This document shows positions 14,287-24,207 of a DNA stretch of 61,108 nucleotides, one piece after another (the first letter of the stretch is position 1; every line of letters starts with the position of its first letter). The stretch comes from a virus (lineage: Duplodnaviria > Caudoviricetes): positions 1 to 61,108 of IMG/VR virus record IMGVR_UViG_3300046779_001067. One strand, given 5' to 3'. Below the pieces are notes generated by a model. That model searched no databases, was not told where the DNA came from, and was given only the letters and a program-made list of their open reading frames with translations. A program made the translations under genes and the position numbers.

Positions 14287-15162
14287 GTGACACCAAAGGC
14301 AAGAAGATATCTGTCGTACGGTCGTAGTGACAACAGTAAAGACCCAATCACTGAGAAGGATGGAGAGCGATACAAGACTAGAAATGGAACCTTAGTCAAG
14401 TTATGTAACGCAGAAATCTCTATCAATAAGTCTACGTTCCTATGTAAGAACTTCGCTATTAAAGGGGGAAACTTGTGTATGAGGCACGGCGGTATCCCTA
14501 AGGAAGTTGTAGCAGTTGACAAGGCTAACTTTACAACTGGGTTATCAAGTCGTACTGGTGCTGCATCTCGTTTTAGAAATGTTGGGTCACGACTACTAAA
14601 GCGTATTGATGAACTGAGAGAAGACCCAGATTTGTGGTCTCTCAGGGATGACACAGCGTACATAACTGCATTGCTTGACACAAGGGCAGAGGCAGCGGCT
14701 GAAGGTGTAAGTATTGAGCAATACAAGAAGATACAAGAGATGTATCGTGCTTGTGTTGAGAAGAAATACGCTGAAGATTTTTGGGATACGTTTGATGCTT
14801 TAGGTAAAGCACTCAATGAGGTAATGTCTGAGTATGCAGCTGCAAAGGATGTTATTGAACTCATTGAAAAAAGAACGAGTATTGTAGAGACAGAGCAACG
14901 ACTACTTCATCAGAAGGCGTATACACTAGAGGTAGACCAAGCGTTTAGCCTAGTTATGCAGTTGGTGAATATCATCAAGGCTAATGTTTCTAACAATGAG
15001 GAATACCAAGGCATTAAGGCTGGTATTGGTAAATTGCTTGCTGTCTACGCAGATTCTGTTGATGACATGATTATAGATGCAGAGGTAATAGATGGCTCAG
15101 AAGAGTCTGGTCAATACGAAGATAACGCCGAAACCACTCAAGAAGTTCATCCGACCGAATAA
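14287..15162 (+). CDS. Probable terminase small subunit (Cys/HGG zinc-finger N-terminus)
   Basis: CKN.AI.GG.LCMRHGG motif; position immediately before TerL. Confidence 0.6.
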   Translation: MTPKARRYLSYGRSDNSKDPITEKDGERYKTRNGTLVKLCNAEISINKSTFLCKNFAIKGGNLCMRHGGIPKEVVAVDKANFTTGLSSRTGAASRFRNVGSRLLKRIDELREDPDLWSLRDDTAYITALLDTRAEAAAEGVSIEQYKKIQEMYRACVEKKYAEDFWDTFDALGKALNEVMSEYAAAKDVIELIEKRTSIVETEQRLLHQKAYTLEVDQAFSLVMQLVNIIKANVSNNEEYQGIKAGIGKLLAVYADSVDDMIIDAEVIDGSEESGQYEDNAETTQEVHPTE

Positions 15163-16831
15163 GCCTTTGAGTATTGCATTGCTTGAGGCTATGCAAGAGA
15201 AGTTTGATGATGTTATTGATGGTAGTGAGTTTGGTTCAACGGCTCACCCTATTGATGGTAGTGAGTTAGAGTATACGAAGTGGCTACGAAAGTTTGCCCC
15301 ACACGCTGCGTCAGCACCACTTGGTAAGCACCACATACGTGCGTGGGACTGGGCTGAAGGTATCAAGACTGGTTCACCTCCACCAGCATTGATTGAGTGC
15401 TGGTTTCGTGGTGGTGGTAAGTCTACTACGATGGAACTTATATCCAGTCGTATTGCAGTTAAGGCTACTCGTAGGTTCCTTCTGTACGTGTGTTCAACGC
15501 AGGATGCTGCTAACCGCCACGTTGCTGATATTGCTAACACGATGGAGAAGTGTGGTATTGAACGGGCTATTAATAAGTATGGATATTCAAAGGGTTGGAA
15601 TGCTGAAAAACTGCGTACTGCTAATGGATTCAATATCCTAGCCTTTGGACTTGATACTGGCGCACGTGGTGTAAAGTTAGACAACCTTCGTCCAGACATG
15701 ATTATCTTGGACGATATTGATGAGTTAGATGACTCAGTCAATAGGGTTGAAAAGAAGATTCAAACTATCACTCAGACTATTCTCCCTGCGAAGAGTACTG
15801 ACTGTGCAATCGTATTTGTTCAAAACAGAATCCACGCTAACTCAGTAATGAGTCGAGTACTTAGTGGTGAGTTGGATATGTTACAGAACAGAATCCAATC
15901 GCCTATTGTTCCAGCTATTCAAAACTTACAGTATGTGCCTGTTGAAAAAGAAGATGGTCGAACAGGTTACAAGATTACTGGTGGTGAGGCTAACTGGGAG
16001 CATAAGTCTATTGAGGTTTGTCAAAGAGAGATTGATGACTTTGGTATCATCGCTTTCCTTCGAGAGTGCCAGCATGAAGTTGGTGTTGGAGGTAAGTTCT
16101 TTGCTGACTTCAAGGAGTATGGTCCAGAAGGAGAGCCTTGGCACGTAGTAGATGCTGTAGAACTTCAGCCCTGGTGGAGATACTGGGCAAGCCACGACTT
16201 TGGTACAGGTTCACCAGCTGCATTCATCCTTTACGCAAGTGATGAGAAAGAAAACATCTACGCTATTGGAGAGTTTTACGAAGCCGGTCACGTATCCTCT
16301 AAACAGGCTGAGAATGCACTTCTCCTTATGGAGAAACATAAACTAGCAGAGCCAGCTGACAGACGGTTCAAGGATGGTAAGTGGAATACTAAACTTGAAG
16401 CAGTTGCGTTTGACTGGGCGAATACATTCCCACCTGAGAATGTGTCTCAACGTATTGGTGAGTATCCAGTAGAGATATGGTGGAAGAAGGGTATTCCTTG
16501 TGTACGTGCAGTCAAAGACCGTAAGGCTGGTTGGCGTAGAGTTAAGGAATGGTTGATTGCAAGTAGAGTAGATGGTGACAAGGTGAAGCCTAAGTTACGC
16601 ATTCTCAGGGATGCTTGTCCTAACCTTATTAGGGAACTAAGCAATACTATGGCTGACCCTAGAGACCCTGAAGAGATTGATGGAGGCACGAGGAGTGACC
16701 ACGCCATTGACTCATTCCGCTATGGATTGATGTGGCGTGAATATCCGGTCAAGTGTCCAGAGACATCAGATATGAAAACGTGGAAGCCATTATGGGCAGA
16801 TGATGGGTACGGTAGGAAAGATTACCTGTGA
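15092..16831 (+). CDS. terL: Terminase large subunit
   Basis: Walker A FRGGGKST, Walker B IILDDID, nuclease HDFG and DHAIDSFRY. Confidence 0.93.
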   Translation: MAQKSLVNTKITPKPLKKFIRPNKPLSIALLEAMQEKFDDVIDGSEFGSTAHPIDGSELEYTKWLRKFAPHAASAPLGKHHIRAWDWAEGIKTGSPPPALIECWFRGGGKSTTMELISSRIAVKATRRFLLYVCSTQDAANRHVADIANTMEKCGIERAINKYGYSKGWNAEKLRTANGFNILAFGLDTGARGVKLDNLRPDMIILDDIDELDDSVNRVEKKIQTITQTILPAKSTDCAIVFVQNRIHANSVMSRVLSGELDMLQNRIQSPIVPAIQNLQYVPVEKEDGRTGYKITGGEANWEHKSIEVCQREIDDFGIIAFLRECQHEVGVGGKFFADFKEYGPEGEPWHVVDAVELQPWWRYWASHDFGTGSPAAFILYASDEKENIYAIGEFYEAGHVSSKQAENALLLMEKHKLAEPADRRFKDGKWNTKLEAVAFDWANTFPPENVSQRIGEYPVEIWWKKGIPCVRAVKDRKAGWRRVKEWLIASRVDGDKVKPKLRILRDACPNLIRELSNTMADPRDPEEIDGGTRSDHAIDSFRYGLMWREYPVKCPETSDMKTWKPLWADDGYGRKDYL

Positions 16832-16968
16832 AAACTATGAACATTTACTTTGGTACACTTGCATTTATAACTACTTGTGCGTGTGTATACACCGCATATG
16901 AATTACACTGCATTCGTAGGAATATACCTGCACGTAAAAAGCAGGATGATAAGGATTGGTACATCTGA
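16828..16968 (+). CDS. Small membrane protein (46 aa; below ORF-track cut-off)
   Basis: Bridges the TerL stop and portal start with overlapping codons; one hydrophobic segment. Confidence 0.55.
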   Translation: MKTMNIYFGTLAFITTCACVYTAYELHCIRRNIPARKKQDDKDWYI

Positions 16969-19190
16969 TGCGATTACCTCTACAGCGCAAGAGGAATAAG
17001 AACACTCTTGGAATGGATGTTATGTCTGGGATGGTTTCTTTTGCTGAGCAAAAGATGCAAGAAGATATGCAGCCTAAAGTTATGGCATTTGAAAAGCGTA
17101 TGGTTGATGGCATCCCTGGTGCTGCTCAACTGAAGAATGATGAGACTATCAACGACAACAATCTTACGCTAGACCATAACTCAAATGAGTGGAAGGTATT
17201 ACCCGATGCTCCTGATGAGGAAAAGATAAAGATTACCAAGTTCGTCAAAGAGCAGTTTGATATTGCTTATCGAGCAAGGCAAGAGATGGAACTTGAGTGG
17301 GCTATGGCTATTGCCTTCTTTGAAGGTAGGCAGTGGTTCCGAATATCAAGTCAAACGCGTAACCTCATTCAATTACAGAATAAGGATGAGCCTAACCGTT
17401 ACATCACAGTCAATAAGATGCGCCCATTGATTGATGGTGTTGTAGGTAAGTTGACTCAGGTTGCACCAGATGCGAGAGCTGTACCACTTTCGCACTCCCA
17501 AAAAGACCTACTTGCTTCGGATGAAGCAAACCACATCTGTGGTCATTACAACCGTAAATTCAGCAGAGAGACTCAGTTGAAGGAACGTGTACGCTGGGCT
17601 TGTGTATGCGGAACATCCTATCTAAAGATTTACTGGGATGCTAAAGGTGAGCAGGTTATGCCTTACTTCTCTCCTGAAACAGGTGAGATTACAGGGTATG
17701 AGAATATCCAGATTGGTGATGTCAAGGAAGAAATTCTTCCTGCCTTTGACGTATTCCTAGACCCAACAGCAAAGCGTGATGCTGACGTTCGTTGGTTGAT
17801 TCACGCATCTGCAAAACCACTATCCTGGTTCGTAGACAACTATGGTGACACAGGTAAGTTAGTTAACCCTGACGCAATGATGGGTAATAACGCATCCTAT
17901 ATTGATGCTTACCTTGAAGGTGGTAACGGTTCAGGTAATGGATGGGTTCCACCATCTACTGCTAGACTTGCTCAGAGTGACTCCAAAAAACGTGCTGCAA
18001 TTGTCTATGAGTACTGGGAAAAACCGTCACAACAATATCCATCCGGGCGATACATAGTTAGCACTAACGCTGTATTACTACACGCTGGACCTTGGCTATA
18101 CAAGAAGAAGGACGAGTTCCCATTCATACCTCTTCGTTGGCAACCACGCAGTGGTACACCGTACGGACACTCACTAGGCTTTGACTTGTGTTCATTGCAA
18201 CAAACATACAATCGAGTTTACTCACGTATGCTTGAGCAGTTTGAGCAACAGCGAGACTATGTAATGGTTCAGCGTCTATCTAATGTAGGTGCTGATGCAT
18301 TCAATAATACTGGTGATGATTACTACGACGAGACTCGTACATACAAGAAGATTTACTACAATCCCGGTTCTGCGCCTCCAGTAGTTAGTCGTGCGCCGGG
18401 TATCGGTGGCGACCTATTCCCTATGCTCCAATATGTTGAAAAGGACATGATGGATATTGCGGGATTGCATGATGTGTCTCAAGGTATGGCTCCTGCTGGC
18501 ACACCTGCTGAGGCTGTTCAGTTGCTTCAACGAGCGGACAATACGCAACACTCTTATGTACGTGCGGACATTGAGATATCAGCCGCCAAAATCAAAGAGT
18601 GGGAGATTGCTCTTGTTGAAGAGTTTGGTGTAGCACCATTTATTGGTAATGTTGACCAAGAGTCTAATCCATACGAAAACATCGAGCAGGGCGTTATTAC
18701 CTTTGAGCATATTCGCAACGGTGGTCAATACCGCATTGTGTATGTACCGGGTTCGAGTATGGAAGACAGTCCTGACCAGAAGTTGCAGAAGTTACTGACT
18801 ATGCGACAGATGGGATTGTTTGGTGACCCTGGTGACCCATCAACAAACAAGCTTGTTGTCAGTATGTTGAACATCCCTGAGACATCTAAGATTATCCAAC
18901 ATCTTGATGAGCAGGAAGAGGGTATGGCTCAACAAGCAATGATGATGCAACAGCAGATGGCACAACAACAAGGGGTTGCGGCTGAGTCTGCTCGTAAGTT
19001 TGACCCAGAGGCTGCTCAGCTGCAGTCTGAACTGGACACACAGAAGATACAGGCACAGATTGCTGCTAAGACAGAATCTGACCTTATCAAGATGCGGGAG
19101 CGTTCACGCCTGACTCAGGAGAACGATGCTGCAAAGGGTATCGTTGATGTTTCAAAGGAAAAATTGAAACAACAAATGAATCCCCAATAG
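16968..19190 (+). CDS. Portal protein (P22-like, with Gln-rich C-terminal barrel)
   Basis: Size, position after TerL, FPFIP motif and coiled-coil tail. Confidence 0.88.
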   Translation: MRLPLQRKRNKNTLGMDVMSGMVSFAEQKMQEDMQPKVMAFEKRMVDGIPGAAQLKNDETINDNNLTLDHNSNEWKVLPDAPDEEKIKITKFVKEQFDIAYRARQEMELEWAMAIAFFEGRQWFRISSQTRNLIQLQNKDEPNRYITVNKMRPLIDGVVGKLTQVAPDARAVPLSHSQKDLLASDEANHICGHYNRKFSRETQLKERVRWACVCGTSYLKIYWDAKGEQVMPYFSPETGEITGYENIQIGDVKEEILPAFDVFLDPTAKRDADVRWLIHASAKPLSWFVDNYGDTGKLVNPDAMMGNNASYIDAYLEGGNGSGNGWVPPSTARLAQSDSKKRAAIVYEYWEKPSQQYPSGRYIVSTNAVLLHAGPWLYKKKDEFPFIPLRWQPRSGTPYGHSLGFDLCSLQQTYNRVYSRMLEQFEQQRDYVMVQRLSNVGADAFNNTGDDYYDETRTYKKIYYNPGSAPPVVSRAPGIGGDLFPMLQYVEKDMMDIAGLHDVSQGMAPAGTPAEAVQLLQRADNTQHSYVRADIEISAAKIKEWEIALVEEFGVAPFIGNVDQESNPYENIEQGVITFEHIRNGGQYRIVYVPGSSMEDSPDQKLQKLLTMRQMGLFGDPGDPSTNKLVVSMLNIPETSKIIQHLDEQEEGMAQQAMMMQQQMAQQQGVAAESARKFDPEAAQLQSELDTQKIQAQIAAKTESDLIKMRERSRLTQENDAAKGIVDVSKEKLKQQMNPQ

Positions 19191-19223
19191 TTGGCAATGT
19201 AAGAAATAAGGAGTACGATAAAT

Positions 19224-20057
19224 TTGTCAGACGAGATGATGACACTCACACCCGATTCATCAGCGGGTGCGTCAGACGGTTACGGCGTTGGTAACGCCAT
19301 TTTGGACGCAGTACGTGGAACCGCCGACTACGATACTGGAAGCACGACAGGCGTTAACGAAAGTGCTATGGTCCCAGCGGAGCAATCCGCACCTGATGAT
19401 AGTTTCGGCTATCTGTCAGAGCCAGCCACCGATACTAAGGAACCGGGTCCTATCCCTTACGATAGGTTCAGGGAAGTAAACGATAGGGCAAGAGCTGCTT
19501 CTGAGCGGCTTGATAAATGGGCTGATGTTATTAGTCAGTTTGAACAGCAAGGATTTCAATCTGCTGCTGATATTCAAAGGGCTATGCAACAGCAACAGGT
19601 TCAAGCGCAGGAAGAATCTATTCGCCAACGCTATCGTGAACTTGAGCAGCAAGAGCTGGTTGACCCAACTACTGCCCAAATGCAACTTGATGCAGAACTA
19701 CAGAAGTTCCGCTATGAACAGGCAATGCAGGAAGTCAGTCAGTTTATGGTTCAACGAGAACGTGAACAAGCTGCTATTCAGTATCCACTGGCACAGAAGG
19801 CTAATCATATGGTGGACAGTCTTGTAAACGTAGGTGTAAAACCTGCGGATGCAGTACGACTTGTACACGAGCAGATTCAGAGTCTTCAGCAATCACTAGT
19901 TCCAGAACTTACTAAGCAAGTGGTTCAGGGTCAACGTACTCCGACTCCACAATCACAAGCAGGTTCAGCAGCACCAGTGGTTGGTGGCGCATCACAGCAA
20001 CAACGAAGAATATCCCTCTCAGAAATGATGGGTATTAATCGAAACAAAACAATGTAG
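19224..20057 (+). CDS. Capsid scaffolding protein
   Basis: IPYDRFREVN motif, coiled coil, position before the capsid gene. Confidence 0.8.
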   Translation: MSDEMMTLTPDSSAGASDGYGVGNAILDAVRGTADYDTGSTTGVNESAMVPAEQSAPDDSFGYLSEPATDTKEPGPIPYDRFREVNDRARAASERLDKWADVISQFEQQGFQSAADIQRAMQQQQVQAQEESIRQRYRELEQQELVDPTTAQMQLDAELQKFRYEQAMQEVSQFMVQREREQAAIQYPLAQKANHMVDSLVNVGVKPADAVRLVHEQIQSLQQSLVPELTKQVVQGQRTPTPQSQAGSAAPVVGGASQQQRRISLSEMMGINRNKTM

Positions 20058-20071
20058 GAAAGGCTAAGTAA

Positions 20072-21088
20072 ATGGCTATTGACTTTAACGGTGCCTTGAC
20101 GCTTGCGGACCAAGCAGCAATCAGCAATGACCCACTCGTCAAGGAAATCACAAAATCCCTCCACAAGACTTGGAATGCACTTAAAGACATTCCTCTCTAC
20201 ACCTCACCATCTCTCAAGCAGATTGGTGTTCGTTACCTCAACTCCGGTATCCCTTCGCCAAACTGGACGGGTGTAAACTCTGAACCAGTAGCAGTTAAGG
20301 GACGACCAAAGTCGTACGAAGAGCAGATGTACTTGGTTCGCAACAAGATTCTTGTTGACCACGTTCTGCTTGACCAGCCGACGAACATCATCGACCCAAT
20401 TGAAGCGCAGGTACAAATCTTCCTTGAAGGTTTTGCTTATGATTTCAACGACAAGTTCATTAACAACAATCCGCTTACGGGCAATATTGATTGTTTCCCT
20501 GGACTTGCTTATCGTATGGACAACCCTAGCGACTTTGATATTCCTTCGGAGATGTCTCTGATTGCACCAGACGCTGCCCGTATTGACATCTCGGCTAGTA
20601 CGACATCTGCTACGGCTAACGCATTCTTCGCTTACCTCCAGCAGTTGCTTGACAACATGAACTCCCCAGATGGAGATGGTGTTGTTCTGTATATGTCTGA
20701 GAAGGCGAAGCGTTCTGTTGAGTTCGCTATCCGTACTATGGGTATTGGTGCTGGTTTTGATGTCACACGTGACTCGTTCGACCGCCCAGTTGAGAAGTAC
20801 AAGAATGCAACCGTTCGTACAGTTGGTCGTAAGGCTGATGGTACTACGAGTGTAATCTCGGATACTCAGACTGCATCTGGTATTACAGGTTCCGTTGCTT
20901 CCTCCATCTATGCAGTTCGTTATGGAACTGGATATGCACAGGGATGGCAGAGCGGACCATTCAAGCCAACCTACCTTGGTCTTTCCAAGGAAAATGGCAT
21001 TATGCACAACGTTGTCTTCGATTGGGGTATTGGTTTGTGGGTTCCACATACTCGTGCCGTTGGTCGTTTGTTCTGCCGAGTCGCATAA
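20072..21088 (+). CDS. Major capsid protein
   Basis: 338 aa; LTLAD N-terminus, FPGL, SSIYAVRYG and AVGRL patterns typical of HK97-fold capsids; synteny. Confidence 0.88.
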   Translation: MAIDFNGALTLADQAAISNDPLVKEITKSLHKTWNALKDIPLYTSPSLKQIGVRYLNSGIPSPNWTGVNSEPVAVKGRPKSYEEQMYLVRNKILVDHVLLDQPTNIIDPIEAQVQIFLEGFAYDFNDKFINNNPLTGNIDCFPGLAYRMDNPSDFDIPSEMSLIAPDAARIDISASTTSATANAFFAYLQQLLDNMNSPDGDGVVLYMSEKAKRSVEFAIRTMGIGAGFDVTRDSFDRPVEKYKNATVRTVGRKADGTTSVISDTQTASGITGSVASSIYAVRYGTGYAQGWQSGPFKPTYLGLSKENGIMHNVVFDWGIGLWVPHTRAVGRLFCRVA

Positions 21089-21106
21089 TAGAAAGGAAGA
21101 AAAGAA

Positions 21107-21691
21107 ATGGCACGTGATAAGAAGGCTTCCTTCAAATATACAACCGTTGGTAGTTATGCTTCTGCAAAACTTAAGCAGACTGCTGCAACTGACAAGTTGT
21201 CTACAACTATTGACGTAACAGGTTATGCTGGAACAACTCAGGTGTATGGTGCATCTGATGTGTTCTCTACGCCTAACATGATTCTTGCAGCTGCTGCAGA
21301 CTTTGCTTCACAAGCAGATACTCCAGCATCTGGTGCTGGTGTACTTCCGGGAATCAACGGACAGAATCAAGACCTCTTTGTCAAGGTTGTTTATACAACT
21401 GCTGGTACGCTGACCAATATTGGTACTGCTGTATTCAAGGTTGTTGGTTCTGATGCAAGTACGGTAGCTACCGCTGGTAACCTCAGTAGTAGCCCTGCTG
21501 ATATCTCTCCATCTGTAGTTGTAAATAAGACTGCTGGAACGTATGTCGCATATCTTCCAGTTCTCTCTGCAAAGCCATATTGGCAACTGCAATTTACATC
21601 CCTGACAGGTGCAACCACGACAGACACAGGTACTATTGCTATCGCAATGGCTGCCCTCGTCAACGGACGTGACGGCTCAGTCAGCCTCTAA
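21107..21691 (+). CDS. Probable capsid decoration/cement protein
   Basis: Ala/Thr-rich beta protein right after the capsid gene; strong RBS. Confidence 0.6.
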   Translation: MARDKKASFKYTTVGSYASAKLKQTAATDKLSTTIDVTGYAGTTQVYGASDVFSTPNMILAAAADFASQADTPASGAGVLPGINGQNQDLFVKVVYTTAGTLTNIGTAVFKVVGSDASTVATAGNLSSSPADISPSVVVNKTAGTYVAYLPVLSAKPYWQLQFTSLTGATTTDTGTIAIAMAALVNGRDGSVSL

Positions 21692-21709
21692 GTAATATAA
21701 GGTAACGAG

Positions 21710-22351
21710 ATGACACTAGGTGAAATCAAACAAAAGGTCAGGATGATAGGTTTGCACCATTTTGGTAGCAAGCAAGACCTTGACCCATTTGGCTTGGAAT
21801 ACCTAGTGTTGGAATCTGCCAATCAGATAGCCCGTAAAACAGACTGTTTGTTTGGCAGACGTTACCTAGACTTAGAAGAAGATGTAGACGAATACTGCTC
21901 CCCTGATATGTATCGTATTAGGGGAGTATTCAAGTTAGAAGATAACGAATACAAGCGACTGCGATTACTAGACTTTGCTGACCGTCAGGTAGACCGCTAC
22001 AGGACGCAAGGAAACGCTGTTATCGACGCTTGTATACTTTATGCCACCAATAGGCTTAGGTTCCTTCCTACGCCAGAATCTAACGTCACAAACGGCGTTA
22101 TGATTGAAGGTTACTGTCAACCTGGAATGATATGGCAGTACGACACTAATGGTAATGCTGTACCACTTGCTGATGACCAAGAGTGTCCTCTCCCTGAATC
22201 TGCACACGATTGTTTGGTGTACTCTGTTTTGTACTCACGAGCTATGCAGATGAAGGATGCTAATGTACTTGCGTTGTACAAGAGCGAGTATCTGGATAGA
22301 CTGGGTATGGTGGAGTCAAACTCTGCTATATATGGTCGAAGGACAGTCTAA
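21710..22351 (+). CDS. Head-tail adaptor-like protein
   Basis: MTLGEIK start, LRFLPTP and LPESAHDCLVY patterns; synteny. Confidence 0.65.
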   Translation: MTLGEIKQKVRMIGLHHFGSKQDLDPFGLEYLVLESANQIARKTDCLFGRRYLDLEEDVDEYCSPDMYRIRGVFKLEDNEYKRLRLLDFADRQVDRYRTQGNAVIDACILYATNRLRFLPTPESNVTNGVMIEGYCQPGMIWQYDTNGNAVPLADDQECPLPESAHDCLVYSVLYSRAMQMKDANVLALYKSEYLDRLGMVESNSAIYGRRTV

Positions 22352-23091
22352 TGGCTAATCTTGCAACGCTTACCTCAGAGGTACTGCGACTCCTGAACGA
22401 AGCGACTAACTCATCTGTTGGTGAAGTTGGTGACGGTTCAGGTACTGTTACGACCACAACGAGTGCAACAATCGAAGCCTACTTGAATGAGGCTATCAAA
22501 GAAACGTGTAGGACTTGTATATACGTTCCAGCTAAGGGAACGATTACTCAGTCCAATCCTATTATCAATTTATCCAGTCTGTCTCTGGATTCCACGTATG
22601 TTCCTACTGACGCTTCGACGGTGAATGACGCTAGTAGTATGTGGTTTCCACTAACAGTACAGTCTGGTCTTACGAATCTTACACACTGTAGCGAACCATC
22701 ACTACGTGCATATGACCCATCCTTTGAGTCTACCGCTGTAGGTACACCAAAGTATTGGTATCGTTCTGGTGACTACGGAATAAGGGTTTATCCTGCACCA
22801 TCAGCATCCACTACGTTTACTGTTTATGGATGTGGTGTTCTAGGTGATATCTCTGCAACATCTATTACGGTTATCCCTGATGACTTGCAGTTGAAGATGT
22901 GGGCTAGTTACGCTGCCTACAAGTTGGCATTAAAGAATACGGATGACCCATCTGTTGCTCAACGTGCCTTCTGGGGAAATTGGTATAACGAAGTGCGTAT
23001 GAGGCTATGGTCTCAGTTGGATACCTTCTTGCGTATGCCGGGTTCTCCATTTGCAATCCCTCCAGTTACAGGTGGTTCTGATGGAAGTTAA
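22351..23091 (+). CDS. Second head-tail adaptor-like protein
   Basis: YLNEA, GTPKYWY and IRVYPAP patterns. Confidence 0.65.
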   Translation: MANLATLTSEVLRLLNEATNSSVGEVGDGSGTVTTTTSATIEAYLNEAIKETCRTCIYVPAKGTITQSNPIINLSSLSLDSTYVPTDASTVNDASSMWFPLTVQSGLTNLTHCSEPSLRAYDPSFESTAVGTPKYWYRSGDYGIRVYPAPSASTTFTVYGCGVLGDISATSITVIPDDLQLKMWASYAAYKLALKNTDDPSVAQRAFWGNWYNEVRMRLWSQLDTFLRMPGSPFAIPPVTGGSDGS

Positions 23092-23350
23092 GGATATTCT
23101 CCCAGTAGTATTGTCTACCCTGCTTACAGGTGTGTCCTCATTCTTAGGCGCATCATTCACGTTTGTTCGTAAAGTAGACAAACTTGAGATTATGTTGGCT
23201 CACCTTACGTCACAAAGTGAAACCCAGTATAAAGACCTCAAGGGTAGCATTCACGATATGCGTGTTGAGATTGTACGGTTGGATAAAGAGTTGCAGAACG
23301 TAAAGGAGCGACTCAGAGTCCTAGAGGAAAAGACTAAGACATCACGATGA
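23081..23350 (+). CDS. Membrane-anchored coiled-coil protein (lysis accessory/holin-like)
   Basis: N-terminal TM followed by a coiled coil. Confidence 0.55.
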   Translation: MEVKDILPVVLSTLLTGVSSFLGASFTFVRKVDKLEIMLAHLTSQSETQYKDLKGSIHDMRVEIVRLDKELQNVKERLRVLEEKTKTSR

Positions 23351-23682
23351 ACATAGCTTGGAGTAGGCTGGTATGGATTGCACTTGGTGCATTTATGGCT
23401 AGTGCTGGTCCCGCATTCAATATGGAGTGGGAAGCAAGGCACATACCAGATACTGCCACATTTGGTTATGTGATGAAGATGTTTACGTTATGTGCTGTTG
23501 AAGGAGTACGTGCAGGTATTCCTGCACTGGTAACTGCAGTAATCGCATTCTTTGTACGTCAGGACTCAGATGCTAAAGCCTTTCAGCTGCAGTCTCAACG
23601 AGAAGTAGTCTTAAAGCATATACGTGATAGTTCGCCAAGTGACTTGGTTTTCAGTAAAGCGTCCAAGGAGGAAATGCTATGA
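23347..23682 (+). CDS. Holin-like membrane protein
   Basis: Two hydrophobic segments, charged C-terminus. Confidence 0.55.
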   Translation: MNIAWSRLVWIALGAFMASAGPAFNMEWEARHIPDTATFGYVMKMFTLCAVEGVRAGIPALVTAVIAFFVRQDSDAKAFQLQSQREVVLKHIRDSSPSDLVFSKASKEEML

Positions 23683-23861
23683 GTTGGCTTAGTAAGTTAT
23701 TGAAGAAAAGTGCTAATGTCCCTGAGGTAAAGATTCCATTTGGTGAGATGCTACTAGTAAACCAAATCATTGAGAATCTAGACTTCTTGTCCACATCTGA
23801 CCTTGAGAAGGTGCGTGATGTAGTCATGATGGCTATTAATAAGCGTAAGGTGAAGAAATGA
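23679..23861 (+). CDS. Hypothetical protein (60 aa)
   Basis: ORF with AGGAGG RBS. Confidence 0.7.
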   Translation: MSWLSKLLKKSANVPEVKIPFGEMLLVNQIIENLDFLSTSDLEKVRDVVMMAINKRKVKK

Positions 23862-23983
23862 TAGCACTCTACGGGAGCAAGGCGGTAGCGGCTGGCGTCT
23901 CCGCTGCGGTGTCTAGTGTGCTGGCGTTCCTGACGATGCCGTTCAAGGGTGTTGAGGCGAACAGTCTGAAGGTGGGCAAATGA
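23858..23983 (+). CDS. 41-aa hydrophobic ORF, possibly a holin fragment co-transferred with the tail module
   Basis: MIALYGSKAVAAGVSAAVSSVLAFLTMPFKG...; locally GC-rich; overlapping start and stop codons on both sides. Confidence 0.5.
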   Translation: MIALYGSKAVAAGVSAAVSSVLAFLTMPFKGVEANSLKVGK

Positions 23984-24207
23984 ATCTCCAAAATTACCGG
24001 CTTGAACCTAACCCAACCAGTCCCGGTGATTGGATTGTCTTTGGTGATATTACCGATGATGATGGAAACATTCTCGGTACGTTTGGTAAAAACGGAACAT
24101 CCGTTTTTGGCTGGTGGGTTACACAGGATGCTGCTTTTCAACAGTTTTACAGCAATCAGTTTGCTGTAGTAATGGCTCAAGAAATTGTAAATGGAACCGC
24201 TGAATAA
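23980..24207 (+). CDS. Small tailspike-associated protein, copy 1
   Basis: Paralogue of 26067..26294. Confidence 0.8.
   Translation: MNLQNYRLEPNPTSPGDWIVFGDITDDDGNILGTFGKNGTSVFGWWVTQDAAFQQFYSNQFAVVMAQEIVNGTAE

Noticed and set aside
20204-21049. 281-aa antisense ORF over the capsid gene
   Set aside because: Shadow of biased codon usage; no RBS or recognisable motifs. The same applies to antisense ORFs within TerS, TerL and the giant protein.
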